64,000 nt of DNA from Nitrosopumilus sp. (GCA_965205675.1 OZ242186.1:736001-800000), one strand, 5' to 3'. Shown: positions 42,332 to 53,622, counted from the first letter of the stretch. The notes: generated by a model not told the origin, from the sequence alone. Translations and numbers: made by a program.

Positions 42332-43330
42332 TTACTTATCTGCACTTTCTGTGAGATATTTATCAACATCAATTGCAGCCATACATCCAAATCCAGCTGC
42401 TGTGACTGCTTGCCTGTAACTTCTATCATGTACGTCCCCTGCTGCAAAAATCCCTTTCATGTTGGTGTATGTTCTATTTTTTAACACTATGTATCCTTCT
42501 TCATCTAAATCAATTTGATCTTTGAATAGTTGTGTATTTGGTTCGTGTCCGATAGCTACAAACAAACCTCCTGCATCTAGTGTTGTTTCTTCATTTGTTT
42601 TTAGATTTTTTAATACAGCTTGTTGCATTTTTTGATCTCCTTTGATTTCAGTTACTGCCGAATCCCAATGAAATTTTATTTTTTCATTCTTTAATGCTCT
42701 TTCTTGCATGATTTTACTTGCACGTAGTTTATCTCGTCTATGAATTAGATGAACATTTGTAGCAAATTTAGTAAGAAACGTTGCCTCTTCGATTGCTGAA
42801 TCTCCTCCCCCTACTACGATAATTTCTTGGTTTCTAAAAAATGGCCCATCACATGTAGCACAATATGATACTCCTTTACCTCCAAACGTCTCTTCTCCTT
42901 CTAATCCTAATTTTCTAGGATTTGCACCTGTTGCGATGATCACTGCCCGCCCTTCGTATTCTTCTGATGCAGTTAGCACCTTGAATGGTTTACGTCTAAA
43001 GTCTACATCTACTACAACATCATCGACAATCGCTGTTCCCATTCTTTGAGACTGTTTTCTCATATCTATCATCAAATCTGGACCCATGATCCCATTTTCA
43101 AATCCTGGATAATTTTCAACCTCTGTGGTGTTGACTAGTTGCCCTCCTGGCAAAAGTCCTGATAAAATCAAAGTATCATAACCTGCCCTTGAACAGTAAA
43201 TCCCTGCTGTGTATCCTGAAGGTCCAGCACCAATTATGACCACGTCAAATTTTGTCTTCTTTTTATCTGGAATTTTTGGTCCTTCATCTTTCGTTTCAAG
43301 AACTGCTGCACCTGCATCTCCTGCCATCAT
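42332..43330 (-). CDS. trxB: thioredoxin-disulfide reductase
   Basis: GAGPSG, CATCDG, GGGDSAIEE, AAGDV. Confidence 0.97.
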   Translation of the reverse strand: MMAGDAGAAVLETKDEGPKIPDKKKTKFDVVIIGAGPSGYTAGIYCSRAGYDTLILSGLLPGGQLVNTTEVENYPGFENGIMGPDLMIDMRKQSQRMGTAIVDDVVVDVDFRRKPFKVLTASEEYEGRAVIIATGANPRKLGLEGEETFGGKGVSYCATCDGPFFRNQEIIVVGGGDSAIEEATFLTKFATNVHLIHRRDKLRASKIMQERALKNEKIKFHWDSAVTEIKGDQKMQQAVLKNLKTNEETTLDAGGLFVAIGHEPNTQLFKDQIDLDEEGYIVLKNRTYTNMKGIFAAGDVHDRSYRQAVTAAGFGCMAAIDVDKYLTESADK

Positions 43331-43400
43331 GATGTTTATGGTCTTAATTTCATTAATTTAAGTGAATATCCTTTTTTGTATTTTCAAATTAAAAACAGAT

Positions 43401-44162
43401 CTATTCATTTTTAATTTGATTTATGATTTTCATGTGTTTTTGGCATATTGTTTTGTTCTCAATTTGTGAATGAAGCAAATCTTTTTGCCAATGTGCATTA
43501 AACAACCTGCAATTCCTGTCCTTGCAAAATATTTCTCCTGTCTTGTAATATACTATTGATTGTAATAGATACCCTTCGATAATTTCATTTAGACGTAGAT
43601 CGTGGTATTCTAAAAACTCTCCTTGATATTTTTCTCTTATTTCTTTGATTTTATCTTTAGAAAAACTTGTCATTAGTTCCAAATAGTATTTCTTTGGTTT
43701 TGCTGGAGCCTCTATTATTCCGGTTGTCGAAATAATTGTTGGATTTGAACTAATCAATGCTCTAGCATGATATCTAAAATCACTCTCATCAAATGTTGCA
43801 GTTATCTTATTTGTGAGAATAATATGTAATACTTTTCCGGTAATTGGTATATTTTTTATAATTATATTTTGTAGTTCAAATCCATCATATATTGTCATTA
43901 TTTCCTCTTTAGACATGTCTTTGTTTTCTTTTTCAACTTGAATCTCTTCTGTTGATGGCATGTGTTTTTTGTAACGATTTTTTAAATCAAATATCCGTGT
44001 GGATGCTATTTTTTTACACGTTTCATTATTTATTTTCTCAAAAAAATTCCCTCTCTTTTCCACTTTTATGTTAAACGTATCTATGATGAATTTTTTTATT
44101 TTTTCAATCTGTATTTCTGGTACTGTAGGCTCATCATATAGAATAATTTTTGAAATTTTCAC
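43401..44162 (-). CDS. putative archaeal metallopeptidase-like protein (DUF6775-like)
   Basis: RYHAR, EAPAKP, C-x4-CRLFNAHWQ. Confidence 0.75.
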   Translation of the reverse strand: MKISKIILYDEPTVPEIQIEKIKKFIIDTFNIKVEKRGNFFEKINNETCKKIASTRIFDLKNRYKKHMPSTEEIQVEKENKDMSKEEIMTIYDGFELQNIIIKNIPITGKVLHIILTNKITATFDESDFRYHARALISSNPTIISTTGIIEAPAKPKKYYLELMTSFSKDKIKEIREKYQGEFLEYHDLRLNEIIEGYLLQSIVYYKTGEIFCKDRNCRLFNAHWQKDLLHSQIENKTICQKHMKIINQIKNE

Positions 44163-44185
44163 TAAAAATCTAATGATTTGATTGT

Positions 44186-45004
44186 TTATCTTTCTAACTC
44201 TTTGATTTTTTCAGCTGCAATTTCAGCAGCTCGTTTTCCTGAGAATAACATTGAACCAAATGTCGGTCCCATTCTTGCCAATCCGTGGGTTTCAGTAACT
44301 GACATACCTGCTGCAATTAATCCTGGATACACTTCGCCTGTTTTATGAACTACGTGTTCTTCTCCATCATTGACATACATTGGTTCCATTCCTTTCCACT
44401 TAGCTAATCCTCTATCTACTAGTCTTTTCACTGCAACAGAATCATGGCCTGATGCATCAATAATTAATTTAGCTTCAAAAGCAACTGGATCTACACATGT
44501 AATGTTACGTGGTAATGCTGAAACTGGCATCCAATTAACTACAATCCCTGCAACTCTTTCATTCTTTAGTACCAAGTCATCAAATTTTGTTAATTGAAGA
44601 AACTTTACTCCTGCATCACATGCGCCTGCAATTAATTTTGAAACTGCATGTGGTCCTGGTGTTAAGTATAATCCGTCTTGTACTTTTTTGTATGGTACGC
44701 CCAATTCATCCCATATTTTTTGAGCCGGCTCTCTAACTGTTACAGGATTCATCATGTAACCTCCTAACCAATAACCTCCTCCTAGGTAGTTGTTTTGTTC
44801 AATGACTAAAACTTTGTAACCCATGTTTGATAATTCTCTACTTGCTGTTAATCCTGCAGGACCTGCACCAATAATGATTACATCTGATTCTGCCCTGTCA
44901 ATTAAAACATCATGAAACTCATTTGCAATTGCACGTGTAATTTCAACTTCACGTACATCTGTAAAAATTTTGTCTGATTTTTCTGCAACTGTTGCTTCTT
45001 GCAT
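44186..45004 (-). CDS. thi4: Thi4 thiazole synthase
   Basis: GAGPAG, GGGYWLGG, CVDP, DASGHD, RMGPTFGSM; ATG at 45004 preferred. Confidence 0.94.
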   Translation of the reverse strand: MQEATVAEKSDKIFTDVREVEITRAIANEFHDVLIDRAESDVIIIGAGPAGLTASRELSNMGYKVLVIEQNNYLGGGYWLGGYMMNPVTVREPAQKIWDELGVPYKKVQDGLYLTPGPHAVSKLIAGACDAGVKFLQLTKFDDLVLKNERVAGIVVNWMPVSALPRNITCVDPVAFEAKLIIDASGHDSVAVKRLVDRGLAKWKGMEPMYVNDGEEHVVHKTGEVYPGLIAAGMSVTETHGLARMGPTFGSMLFSGKRAAEIAAEKIKELER

Positions 45005-45191
45005 ATCTTGATGAACTCTGTGATTAATTAATACCTTCCCACATCTGTTTTCAATAAATTGGGTAACTAACGGTTCTGGCCATTTCACCTCTGCACGAAA
45101 GTAGGAAAATATTGCACTTTGATGAAAATATTTCTCCCAAAAACTGCAAATGTCAAAAATTTATATCCAAACTAAAAGAAATTTCATTGTA

Positions 45192-46997
45192 TTGACTACT
45201 CTTAAACAATCTGTTCCTGATTCTGTAAAACCAAAAATTAACTGGGCTAGAATTGAAGAATCTGATAATTTTGCCAAGACTGTGAAGTTATTCCGTCAAG
45301 GGAAATATGATGCAGATAGTTTTAGACGATTTAGACTTCAACATGGTGCATATGGTACTAGGATGACTGGTGATTATGCCATGGTTCGAGTCAAATTACC
45401 TGCTGGAGAGATTTATCCTGATCAAATTGAAAAAATATCTCAATTAAGTGAACAATATTCTATTGGAAGTGCTCATTTTTCCACTCGCGAAAACATTCAA
45501 CTCCATTGGGTAATTCTTGAAGATGTCTCTGAAATTTTTAAAGGTCTTGCAGAAGTTGGACTAACCTCTAGAGAAGCTTGTGGAAACTCTGTTAGAAATG
45601 TAATGTGTAGTCCATTATCTGGTGTTTGTCCTGATGAAAAATTTGATGCAACTCCATATGCTCTTGCAACTGCTAGATTTTTCTTACGAAATCCAATGGC
45701 TCAAAACTTACCTCGTAAATTTAAATTCAATTTCACATGCTGTGAAAAACATGGTATGGTGAGAATTGTCGATGTTGGATTAATTCCTCAAATCAGACAA
45801 CTTGATGGAAAACCTCAAAGAGGATTCAAAATTTTCCTTGGTGGTGGTTTGGGAAACAAATCATATGTTGGACATCAACTAGAAGAATTTACTCCTGAAG
45901 AAGATTTGCTTTACACATCAATTGCTGTAATGCGAATATTTGATAGACTTGGTGATAGAAAGAATCTTGCAAGAAACAGAATGCGTTATCTTGTTAATGA
46001 CATGGGCTGGGAAAAATTCCAAAACCTTGTTTTCAAAGAAAGAGCAATCGTTCGAGCTACTCAATCTGTCATCACGCAATTAGATGTTGATCCCACTCCT
46101 GATGAAATTAAACGCACTATTCGAATCTCTGATGAAAATGGTGGTGAGACTATTGCTGATGGATATACTAGATGGCTTAAAACAAATACTGTTAAACAGA
46201 CTCAGGATGATTATCGTTCTGTATTTCTCACTCTTGAGGCAGGTGATATTACTGCAAGTCAACTTCACACACTAGCTGATATTATTCGTAATTTCTCATC
46301 AGAGCAAAAAGCAAGAGCTGGATTTAACCAAAATATTGCCTTACGCTATGTCCACGAAGATGATCTCACCCGTTTGTATTCTAAACTTCTTGAGGCTGGA
46401 TTGGCAAAGTCTGGCGCTTTGACTATGGCTGCCCCTATTGGTTGTTCTGGAACTACTTCTTGTAATCTCGCCTTGACTAATTCTCATAGATTGGCAAAAG
46501 AGATTCAAAGAAAATTCCTTGAGTTACATCTAGATGAGGATGATGATCTCAGTGATTCTTCAATTAAAATCAGTGGTTGTCCTAATTCGTGTGGACAACA
46601 TGGTGTTGCAACTCTTGGATTCTTTGGCGGTGGTGGACGTGTTGGAAAAAACATGTATCCTAATTATCAAATGTCTCTGGGTGGACGCTCTGATGGTGAT
46701 ACTATGCTCGGACAAACACTTCTCAGAGTTCCTGCAAAACGTGTAATCCCTGTCATTCTAAAAGTAATTGAAATTTTCAAAGAAAATAAAAAGTCGGATG
46801 ATACTTTGAAATCTTGGATTCATAGAGTTGTTAATGACAATGAAGATTCTCAAATCAAATCAATCACTGATATTAAGAAAATACTTGAACCTTTAACCAT
46901 TCCTCCAACAATAGAAGAAGATTCTAACTTCTATTTGGATTATGGTAGCGATACTAGCTATCACACAAAAACTGGAAAAGGTGAATGTGCTGCTTGA
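45192..46997 (+). CDS. sir: ferredoxin-dependent sulfite/nitrite reductase (siroheme)
   Basis: TRENIQ, CGNSVRN, LPRKFK, CSGTTSC, SGCPNSCGQH. Confidence 0.93.
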   Translation: MTTLKQSVPDSVKPKINWARIEESDNFAKTVKLFRQGKYDADSFRRFRLQHGAYGTRMTGDYAMVRVKLPAGEIYPDQIEKISQLSEQYSIGSAHFSTRENIQLHWVILEDVSEIFKGLAEVGLTSREACGNSVRNVMCSPLSGVCPDEKFDATPYALATARFFLRNPMAQNLPRKFKFNFTCCEKHGMVRIVDVGLIPQIRQLDGKPQRGFKIFLGGGLGNKSYVGHQLEEFTPEEDLLYTSIAVMRIFDRLGDRKNLARNRMRYLVNDMGWEKFQNLVFKERAIVRATQSVITQLDVDPTPDEIKRTIRISDENGGETIADGYTRWLKTNTVKQTQDDYRSVFLTLEAGDITASQLHTLADIIRNFSSEQKARAGFNQNIALRYVHEDDLTRLYSKLLEAGLAKSGALTMAAPIGCSGTTSCNLALTNSHRLAKEIQRKFLELHLDEDDDLSDSSIKISGCPNSCGQHGVATLGFFGGGGRVGKNMYPNYQMSLGGRSDGDTMLGQTLLRVPAKRVIPVILKVIEIFKENKKSDDTLKSWIHRVVNDNEDSQIKSITDIKKILEPLTIPPTIEEDSNFYLDYGSDTSYHTKTGKGECAA

Positions 46998-47788
46998 TTG
47001 ATTCTGTTAAAATAACCACGGATGTAGATTCTTTGCGTTCTGAAATACGAGATAAAAGTGTTAGAGTAATTGATGTTAGAAGAGAGGATGATTATAAACA
47101 AGATCATATTCCTTCTGCTGTAAACTTGCCTCTGGCCCATCTCTTATCTGATGATAGTCCCGAACGTGTTTTGAAACTTGTTAACTCTATGGGAATTGAT
47201 GATGAAACTTCTGTGGTAGTTTACGATGACACATTTGGTGCTTTAGCATCTAGAGTTGCTTGGACTTTGGAGTACTTGGGACATTCTCATATTACTCTAC
47301 TAGACACTACGTATAGTCATTGGAAATCTCTTGGTTTGGAAAGTGATTCTCTTACTCCTGATCTTCAAACTAAAGATCATTCTATGAAATTACAACCTGA
47401 TATTTTAGCTACTTCTGACTATCTAGAAACTGCTAAAACCCGAGATGATGTAATTTTAATCGATAATAGAGAACGTTTGAATTTTCTTGAACAACACATT
47501 CCTGGAGCAATCAATCTCCCATATCGTACTTTGGCCTCTAACGATAAAATTTTGCGCTCAAAAGAGGATATAACACGACTATTGGATAATCGTGGAGTGA
47601 CTGACAGTTCTGAAATTATTACTTATTGTGGCAGTGTGGGAACTCTTTCTGGTTTGGCATATTATGCACTAAAATCTGCTGGACTAAACGCAAAACTATA
47701 CGTTCGTTCTTTTAAAGAATGGAAAAATCTCCAAAAACCTACTGAAAAACAAGAAGATGCTAGTTATTGGGATTTATCTGCTGAATAA
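46994..47788 (+). CDS. tandem-domain rhodanese/sulfurtransferase
   Basis: IDVR...HIPSA, HIPGA, YCGS; TTG start overlapping the sir stop. Confidence 0.9.
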   Translation: MIDSVKITTDVDSLRSEIRDKSVRVIDVRREDDYKQDHIPSAVNLPLAHLLSDDSPERVLKLVNSMGIDDETSVVVYDDTFGALASRVAWTLEYLGHSHITLLDTTYSHWKSLGLESDSLTPDLQTKDHSMKLQPDILATSDYLETAKTRDDVILIDNRERLNFLEQHIPGAINLPYRTLASNDKILRSKEDITRLLDNRGVTDSSEIITYCGSVGTLSGLAYYALKSAGLNAKLYVRSFKEWKNLQKPTEKQEDASYWDLSAE

Positions 47789-48910
47789 TTATGCGATTTC
47801 ATCTCTGAGCTTTTTTGTAACTGTTCCTTCAATGTTGTCAAATAATACCATCATCTTCTCTTTGTTGTCTATTAGATAATCTACTCCTCTATCTTGCAAT
47901 CTTATTTTCCATAATCTAATTTCTCTATGTTCATCAAAGAAATTTTCTATCATCTGTTCCCCTGATTTTGTTGGATCGATAAATTCTTCAAAAACTTCAA
48001 TGGTTTTATCTACATCTTCTCCTTCTATTGATTCTTTAACTGATTGAATTGCTTGACTGAGTCGTTTTAAATTTTTAACTGGCTTAGGCAATGTCTTTTT
48101 TGTAATTCCAAACAACCCTTTCTTTTCTTTACCTAATTTCTCTGCAACATTATCTGCAAGATCATAAATTGGTATTCTGCTTAACCCATCACGTTTTTCA
48201 TTTTGTACAATTAATCCTTTTTCTAATAATTTCCGTAAAGCTGTTTCTGCATCAATTTTATCTAAAAATGTAGTCCATACAATTGCACCTATTGTGTGGT
48301 ATCCTTGTCTAATTGATTCTAAAACTACTACCTCTTGAATTCTTTTGAATCCTTCTTCTATTCTAACATTCATGAAATCTTTATCTCTGATTGATTTTCT
48401 TGCATTCTTGACATCAATTTCTATGGAATGTTTTAGAGCCTCTAATGCTTCTGGAATTTGATTAAGTAATGACAAATAGCATGCTTGATTATACCATGCC
48501 ATCCCATATGTTGAATCTGATTCTATTGCTTTTTGAGCTGCATCTAATGCTTTGGCATAGTTTTTTTGTTCATAATGTACTAATCCTTTAAGATTCCAAG
48601 CTTCTGGATTTATAACATCAATGTCCAAAATTCTATCATATACTTTTAGAGCTTCTCCATACTCTTCTAAATGAAATCGTGCATATCCCATTTTCATTAA
48701 AGTTTCAACATTGTCTGGGTCAATTCGTAATGCTTGTTCAAAAATTTCTATGGCATCTTCTAGTTTTTCATCTGCCATTAAATTAATTCCTTTTTTAAAT
48801 AATTTTTTACGGTTGTAATCTATATCTACTAAACTTTTTTCCTGTGGTATTGTTTTTTCAATTTTTACTTCTTTTACTTTTTTTGATCTTTTCCCAAACA
48901 ATTTCTTCAC
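47789..48910 (-). CDS. TPR-repeat protein
   Basis: Repeated AW-x-x-KG and ALKVYDRIL TPR patterns. Confidence 0.88.
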   Translation of the reverse strand: MKKLFGKRSKKVKEVKIEKTIPQEKSLVDIDYNRKKLFKKGINLMADEKLEDAIEIFEQALRIDPDNVETLMKMGYARFHLEEYGEALKVYDRILDIDVINPEAWNLKGLVHYEQKNYAKALDAAQKAIESDSTYGMAWYNQACYLSLLNQIPEALEALKHSIEIDVKNARKSIRDKDFMNVRIEEGFKRIQEVVVLESIRQGYHTIGAIVWTTFLDKIDAETALRKLLEKGLIVQNEKRDGLSRIPIYDLADNVAEKLGKEKKGLFGITKKTLPKPVKNLKRLSQAIQSVKESIEGEDVDKTIEVFEEFIDPTKSGEQMIENFFDEHREIRLWKIRLQDRGVDYLIDNKEKMMVLFDNIEGTVTKKLRDEIA

Positions 48911-49034
48911 AGCTCAAATAGCCGTTTTCTCTAGATAAATACCAACCTTAATTGAGCCTATTATCTGCTACATTGAAATCTGAGATAGATTTAGCGATCT
49001 AAATATAGAAATACTTGAAATATTAACAAACGAT

Positions 49035-50645
49035 GTGTCATCTCAGCCACGATTAGAGATTAAAGGACAGGCACCTTTCAAACAATCTGGTGTCTATGAA
49101 GCTCAAATTGCCATTACTGATAGTAAACCTTCTGACGCTGATATTCATACAAAACAATTTCCATCTTTATGGCATGGAAACTTTCATCTTAGAGTAAAAG
49201 ATGGATTGTTCTCTGAGACACTTGGCTCTCCTGCAAATCCTCTTCCATCATCTATTACCAATCTTGATAAAATTTGGATTGTTGTTACGGATCTATTTTC
49301 TTCATCACACACTGTTTTTGATATTCCTTTATCCAAACATGCATCACAAACTGAAATAAAATCTGAAACAAAACCTGTTACTGATACCCCAAAACCCAAA
49401 CATTCTGCAAGAACAAATGTTATAGGTGCATCTGGGCTTTCTGGTGAGAAAGGTGCAACTGGTCCAATCGGTCCACAAGGTGACAAAGGTCCAATCGGCC
49501 CACCTGGTCTGCAAGGTGTACCTGGTGTTAAGGGCCCTGATGGTCATAAGGGACCTTCTGGTGAGAAAGGTGCAACTGGTGACAAAGGTTCACAAGGTGA
49601 CAAAGGAATTTCTGGAGATAGGGGATTAACTGGTGATAAAGGAATTGCTGGTGATAAAGGTGATAAAGGTGACAAAGGAACTACTGGCCCCGTCGGTGAC
49701 AAAGGAGAAAAAGGTGCTACTGGCCCCGTCGGTGACAAAGGTGCTACTGGACTAAAAGGCCCTCTTGGTGACAAAGGAGAAAAAGGTCCAACTGGTCCTG
49801 TGGGGGAAAAAGGATCTGTTGGATTGCGAGGAGTCCCTGGAGAAAAAGGCGACAAAGGCCCACAAGGTATTGTTGGAGATAAAGGATTAACTGGTACTAC
49901 TGGTCCCCCTGGAGAAAAAGGTCCTACTGGATTATCTGGTGTACAAGGAGAAAAAGGAATTCAAGGTGGTCCTGGCCCTATTGGAGAAAAAGGTCCCATT
50001 GGTCCACAAGGTGACAAAGGTCCAATCGGTCCACCTGGCCCTCATGGAGATAAAGGATTAACTGGCCCCGTCGGTTCACAAGGTGACAAAGGTCCACTTG
50101 GTGGTCCTGGCCCTATTGGAGAAAAAGGTAATAAAGGTCCTGAGGGTCCTATTGGAGAAAAAGGCCCACAAGGCCCACAAGGTCCAGCTGGTTCTAAAGG
50201 ATTAACTGGAGTTCCTGGCCCTCAAGGAGAAAAAGGTAACAAAGGTGTAACAGGCCCTATTGGGGAAAAAGGTCAAACTGGTCCAATCGGCGTCCCTGGA
50301 GAAAAAGGCCCACAAGGCCCACAAGGCTCGCAAGGTGAACGTGGTACTACTGGTCCTCCTGGAGAAAAAGGCCCACAAGGTCCACAAGGAATTCAAGGTC
50401 CACAGGGTGAACGTGGCCAAACTGGTCCAATTGGTACTATTGGTGAACAAGGTCCCGTCGGAGGACAAGGCCCTGTCGGTCCTGCTGGTCCGAGAGGTCC
50501 ACCTGGTTCACCTGGAGAAAAAGGTCCCTCTGGAGGAATGTCTTCTGAACAAAAAGCTTTGTTCAAAGATTTGTTAGAACTACTAACTAACAAAAATGTA
50601 ATCTCCACTGAAGAACAAATTAAATTAATGAGTTATCTTTACTGA
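49035..50645 (+). CDS. collagen-like (Gly-X-Y) protein
   Basis: About 370 aa of continuous GXY repeats between globular termini. Confidence 0.93.
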   Translation: MSSQPRLEIKGQAPFKQSGVYEAQIAITDSKPSDADIHTKQFPSLWHGNFHLRVKDGLFSETLGSPANPLPSSITNLDKIWIVVTDLFSSSHTVFDIPLSKHASQTEIKSETKPVTDTPKPKHSARTNVIGASGLSGEKGATGPIGPQGDKGPIGPPGLQGVPGVKGPDGHKGPSGEKGATGDKGSQGDKGISGDRGLTGDKGIAGDKGDKGDKGTTGPVGDKGEKGATGPVGDKGATGLKGPLGDKGEKGPTGPVGEKGSVGLRGVPGEKGDKGPQGIVGDKGLTGTTGPPGEKGPTGLSGVQGEKGIQGGPGPIGEKGPIGPQGDKGPIGPPGPHGDKGLTGPVGSQGDKGPLGGPGPIGEKGNKGPEGPIGEKGPQGPQGPAGSKGLTGVPGPQGEKGNKGVTGPIGEKGQTGPIGVPGEKGPQGPQGSQGERGTTGPPGEKGPQGPQGIQGPQGERGQTGPIGTIGEQGPVGGQGPVGPAGPRGPPGSPGEKGPSGGMSSEQKALFKDLLELLTNKNVISTEEQIKLMSYLY

Positions 50646-50751
50646 GCAATTATAATTTTTAATCTATTGTTTATTTTAAAAATTTGTATTTGAAATTTAT
50701 CCTTTGCTTGTTATGCTAATTTTATTTTTCTAAATATTGTATCTCAAATTT

Positions 50752-51762
50752 TGCTGTGTTTCCCAACATGACTAGTTGATCCAATTAATTTCATCACCCA
50801 AGCTTTAGATCAGAATATTCTGTATTATTCCATGAACAGAAACTGGAAAAATTACAACAAAACACTAGTTAGACGTGGAGAAATCATGTTGTCCTTTGAC
50901 GCAATGGAATCATGGAGTATGGAACTAAAAGAGATGAATCACAAAAAGGAAGGTCATCGATTTGTCTATCCTGAATCCTTCATGGAGGCACTAGGATACT
51001 GTCATCTCTATTTGCATCTTCCATTCAGACAAACAGAAGGTCTGATAAAATCACACCTCCAATCCAAAACAAAGACTCCCACATATTCTGCCATTTGGAA
51101 ACGTGTCAACAAACTTGACATCAAGATGAATCCAAAACTAGGAAAAGACATTGTCATTGCAATAGACTCAACTGGAATCAAGGTTGCAGACAGAGGTGAG
51201 TGGATGAGACAGAAATGGCAGAAGAGAAGAGGATTTCTTAAAATTCATGTGGCAGTAGATGTGAAATCTAAACAGATCACAGGGATTGATATTACAGATG
51301 ACAAGTCACATGATTCAAAACATTTCATATCGCTAGTTGAGCAATCAAAACAGTTTGGCAATGTCACTAAAACTTTGGCTGATGGTGCATATGATACAAA
51401 GGATAATTTTTCATATCTGTATTATGATAATGATATTCTACCTGCAATTAAAACAAGAAAAAACTCATCAGTTGTAACTGATTGTTATCCTCGGAGAAAG
51501 TCTGTTTTGGCACAATTGTATAACTTGGATCTATGGAAGCTCAGCGTAAGCTATGGGGATAGATGGATTGTAGAGGGAGTATTCTCTGTATTCAAAAGAA
51601 TATTTGGAGAGCATGTGACATCGCACAAGAGAGAAAACATGATTCATGAATTGAAAATGAAAGTTTGTCTGTACAATAAAATGATTGCAATGCAATAGAA
51701 TCAGAAATGATTTCAAAGCATCAAAGAGTGTTGATGGTTATTTGGGGTTGGGAAACAAAGCA
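50752..51762 (+). mobile_element. intact IS5-family element (IS903-like)
   Basis: TIR TGCT(G/T)TGTTTCCCAAC; 8-bp TSD TCAAATTT (50744-50751 and 51763-51770). Confidence 0.93.
50832..51698 (+). CDS. IS5-family DDE transposase
   Basis: NWKNYN...RGE, IDSTG...GEW, ADGAYD, YGDRWIVE. Confidence 0.94.
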   Translation: MNRNWKNYNKTLVRRGEIMLSFDAMESWSMELKEMNHKKEGHRFVYPESFMEALGYCHLYLHLPFRQTEGLIKSHLQSKTKTPTYSAIWKRVNKLDIKMNPKLGKDIVIAIDSTGIKVADRGEWMRQKWQKRRGFLKIHVAVDVKSKQITGIDITDDKSHDSKHFISLVEQSKQFGNVTKTLADGAYDTKDNFSYLYYDNDILPAIKTRKNSSVVTDCYPRRKSVLAQLYNLDLWKLSVSYGDRWIVEGVFSVFKRIFGEHVTSHKRENMIHELKMKVCLYNKMIAMQ

Positions 51763-51896
51763 TCAAATTTTTATATTTATTGTACACTGATATTTTGTTT
51801 ATGTTTTATAATTGATTTTATAGTTAACACTGATATAATTTAGAAAAATGAAAACAATTCGTCGTCTTTATGACGATTGTTAGTTTGTTGACGGGG

Positions 51897-52217
51897 TTAT
51901 CGTCTTTTTGCTGCTTTTCTCTTTGGAGCGGCTTTTCTTTTAGTTGCTGCCTTTCTCTTTGGAGCTGCCTTTCTCTTTGGAGCGGCTTTTCTTTTAGTTG
52001 CTGCCTTTCTCTTTGGAGCTGCCTTTCTCTTTGGAGCGGCTTTTCTTTTAGTTGCTGCCTTTCTCTTTGGAGCTGCTTTTTTAGCTGCAGTTTTTCTTTT
52101 AGTTGCTGCCTTTCTCTTTGGAGCTGCCTTTCTCTTTGGAGCGGCTTTTCTTTTAGTTGCCGCCTTTCTCTTTGGAGCTGCTTTTCTCTTTGGAGCTGCT
52201 TTTCGTTTAGCTGCCAT
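51897..52217 (-). CDS. histone H1-like basic repeat protein (KRKAAP/KRKAAT)
   Basis: 106 aa almost entirely K/R/A/P/T, encoded by imperfect 18-bp repeats. Confidence 0.88.
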   Translation of the reverse strand: MAAKRKAAPKRKAAPKRKAATKRKAAPKRKAAPKRKAATKRKTAAKKAAPKRKAATKRKAAPKRKAAPKRKAATKRKAAPKRKAAPKRKAATKRKAAPKRKAAKRR

Positions 52218-52512
52218 TAATGAATCGGTAATTTCATTGTTTTTCAGTGGTTAAACTAAAGAAATTTACACAATTTGATTACAATTTGTCAAGTAGTTTT
52301 TTTCAAATTGTTTTTTATTTTGATCGTAATTTTTTCTACAATTGTTTATTTGATTTTTTTTGCATTCTTGAGATCAGTTATTTTTCTATGGATTGAACAT
52401 TTATCCTATTTCCATACCTGTTATTGCCATTTTTTTTCAAATTGTTTTTTATTTTCATCTCTGAATTTTAAATAAAACTTTTTTGCAAAAGAATTTGCAG
52501 ATCGATTTTGTA

Positions 52513-53622
52513 TCACATGCCACGTCTTTTGATGATTGTTAATACATCTTCATCAATCATAACGTGACTCAGTCCCACTCTCTGTCCTCCAAATTTAACA
52601 CTTTTCCCCCAAACTAAACCGTATCTGAATTCTCTTCTTAATCGTCTATGTAATTTGTTACAAATATCTTCTACTGTATCCCCTTCTCTTGCAATCAACG
52701 GTTCTTTGAAATCTGTTTCTCCGCCTTTTGGTCTCATGTAAATTCTAATGAATTTCAATTTTTCATAAATTTTATCTTTCAACACATCTATATTCAAATC
52801 AGAATTTGCAGATACTTCTATGACATTTGATTTTATTTTTGTCTTCAAATCTTTTAGAAATGCATCGTCTACTAAATCAATTTTATTTAAAATTGTTAGT
52901 GCTTTTGAATAGCTAATGTTTCCTGCAATGTGATCAGATAATTGCTCTGATGTTAGGTCTTCTCTAATTACTACTCGTGCACTTACTATTCCATATAGAT
53001 GTAAAATATCTTTAAGATGTTTCTCTGTAATTTTTGTTAGCTTTATTTGTTGTGCTATTGCAATTCCTCCCATACCTGCTTTTTCAATTGTAATGTTTGG
53101 TGGTAATTGATTTAATCTAATTCCTATGTTTCCTAATTCGTTTGTTAATACATCTTCATGGTATGGCTGAAACACATCTAGCACCAATAACACAAGATCA
53201 GCTGTTCTAGCTACTGATAGAATCCTTTTTCCTAAACCTTTACCTGTAGATGCTCCTTTGATAATTCCTGGAAGATCTAAGACTTGAATTTTTGCACCTC
53301 TGTACTCCATCATCCCTGGCACAACTGTTAATGTGGTAAACTGAAATGCCCCTATAGTTGATTTTGCACCTGTCATTTTATTGAGTAATGTGGATTTTCC
53401 TACACTTGGCAATCCTATGAATACTACTGTTGCATCTCCACTTCTTCTTACGTCAAAGCCGTCTTGTTTCATCCCTGATTTTTTTACAACATCAGCTTCT
53501 TGTTCTCTTTTGAGCTTTGCAATTTTAGCTTTTAGTAATCCTATGTGGTGCTCTGTTGCTTTGTTGATCTGAGTTCTTGCCATTTCGTCTTGAATGGCTT
53601 TGATTTTTTCAGGAATTCCCAA
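52513..53622 (-). CDS. DRG/OBG-family GTP-binding protein with TGS domain
   Basis: NKATEHH, GLPSVGKS, FTT, DLPG, NKID. Confidence 0.95.
   Translation of the reverse strand: MGIPEKIKAIQDEMARTQINKATEHHIGLLKAKIAKLKREQEADVVKKSGMKQDGFDVRRSGDATVVFIGLPSVGKSTLLNKMTGAKSTIGAFQFTTLTVVPGMMEYRGAKIQVLDLPGIIKGASTGKGLGKRILSVARTADLVLLVLDVFQPYHEDVLTNELGNIGIRLNQLPPNITIEKAGMGGIAIAQQIKLTKITEKHLKDILHLYGIVSARVVIREDLTSEQLSDHIAGNISYSKALTILNKIDLVDDAFLKDLKTKIKSNVIEVSANSDLNIDVLKDKIYEKLKFIRIYMRPKGGETDFKEPLIAREGDTVEDICNKLHRRLRREFRYGLVWGKSVKFGGQRVGLSHVMIDEDVLTIIKRRGM

Noticed and set aside
49184-50608. Pro/Gly-rich antisense and shifted ORFs
   Set aside because: Shadows of the collagen-like gene
51870-52220. Cys/Trp/Ser-rich ORF on the + strand
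   Set aside because: Antisense shadow of the KRKAAP repeat gene
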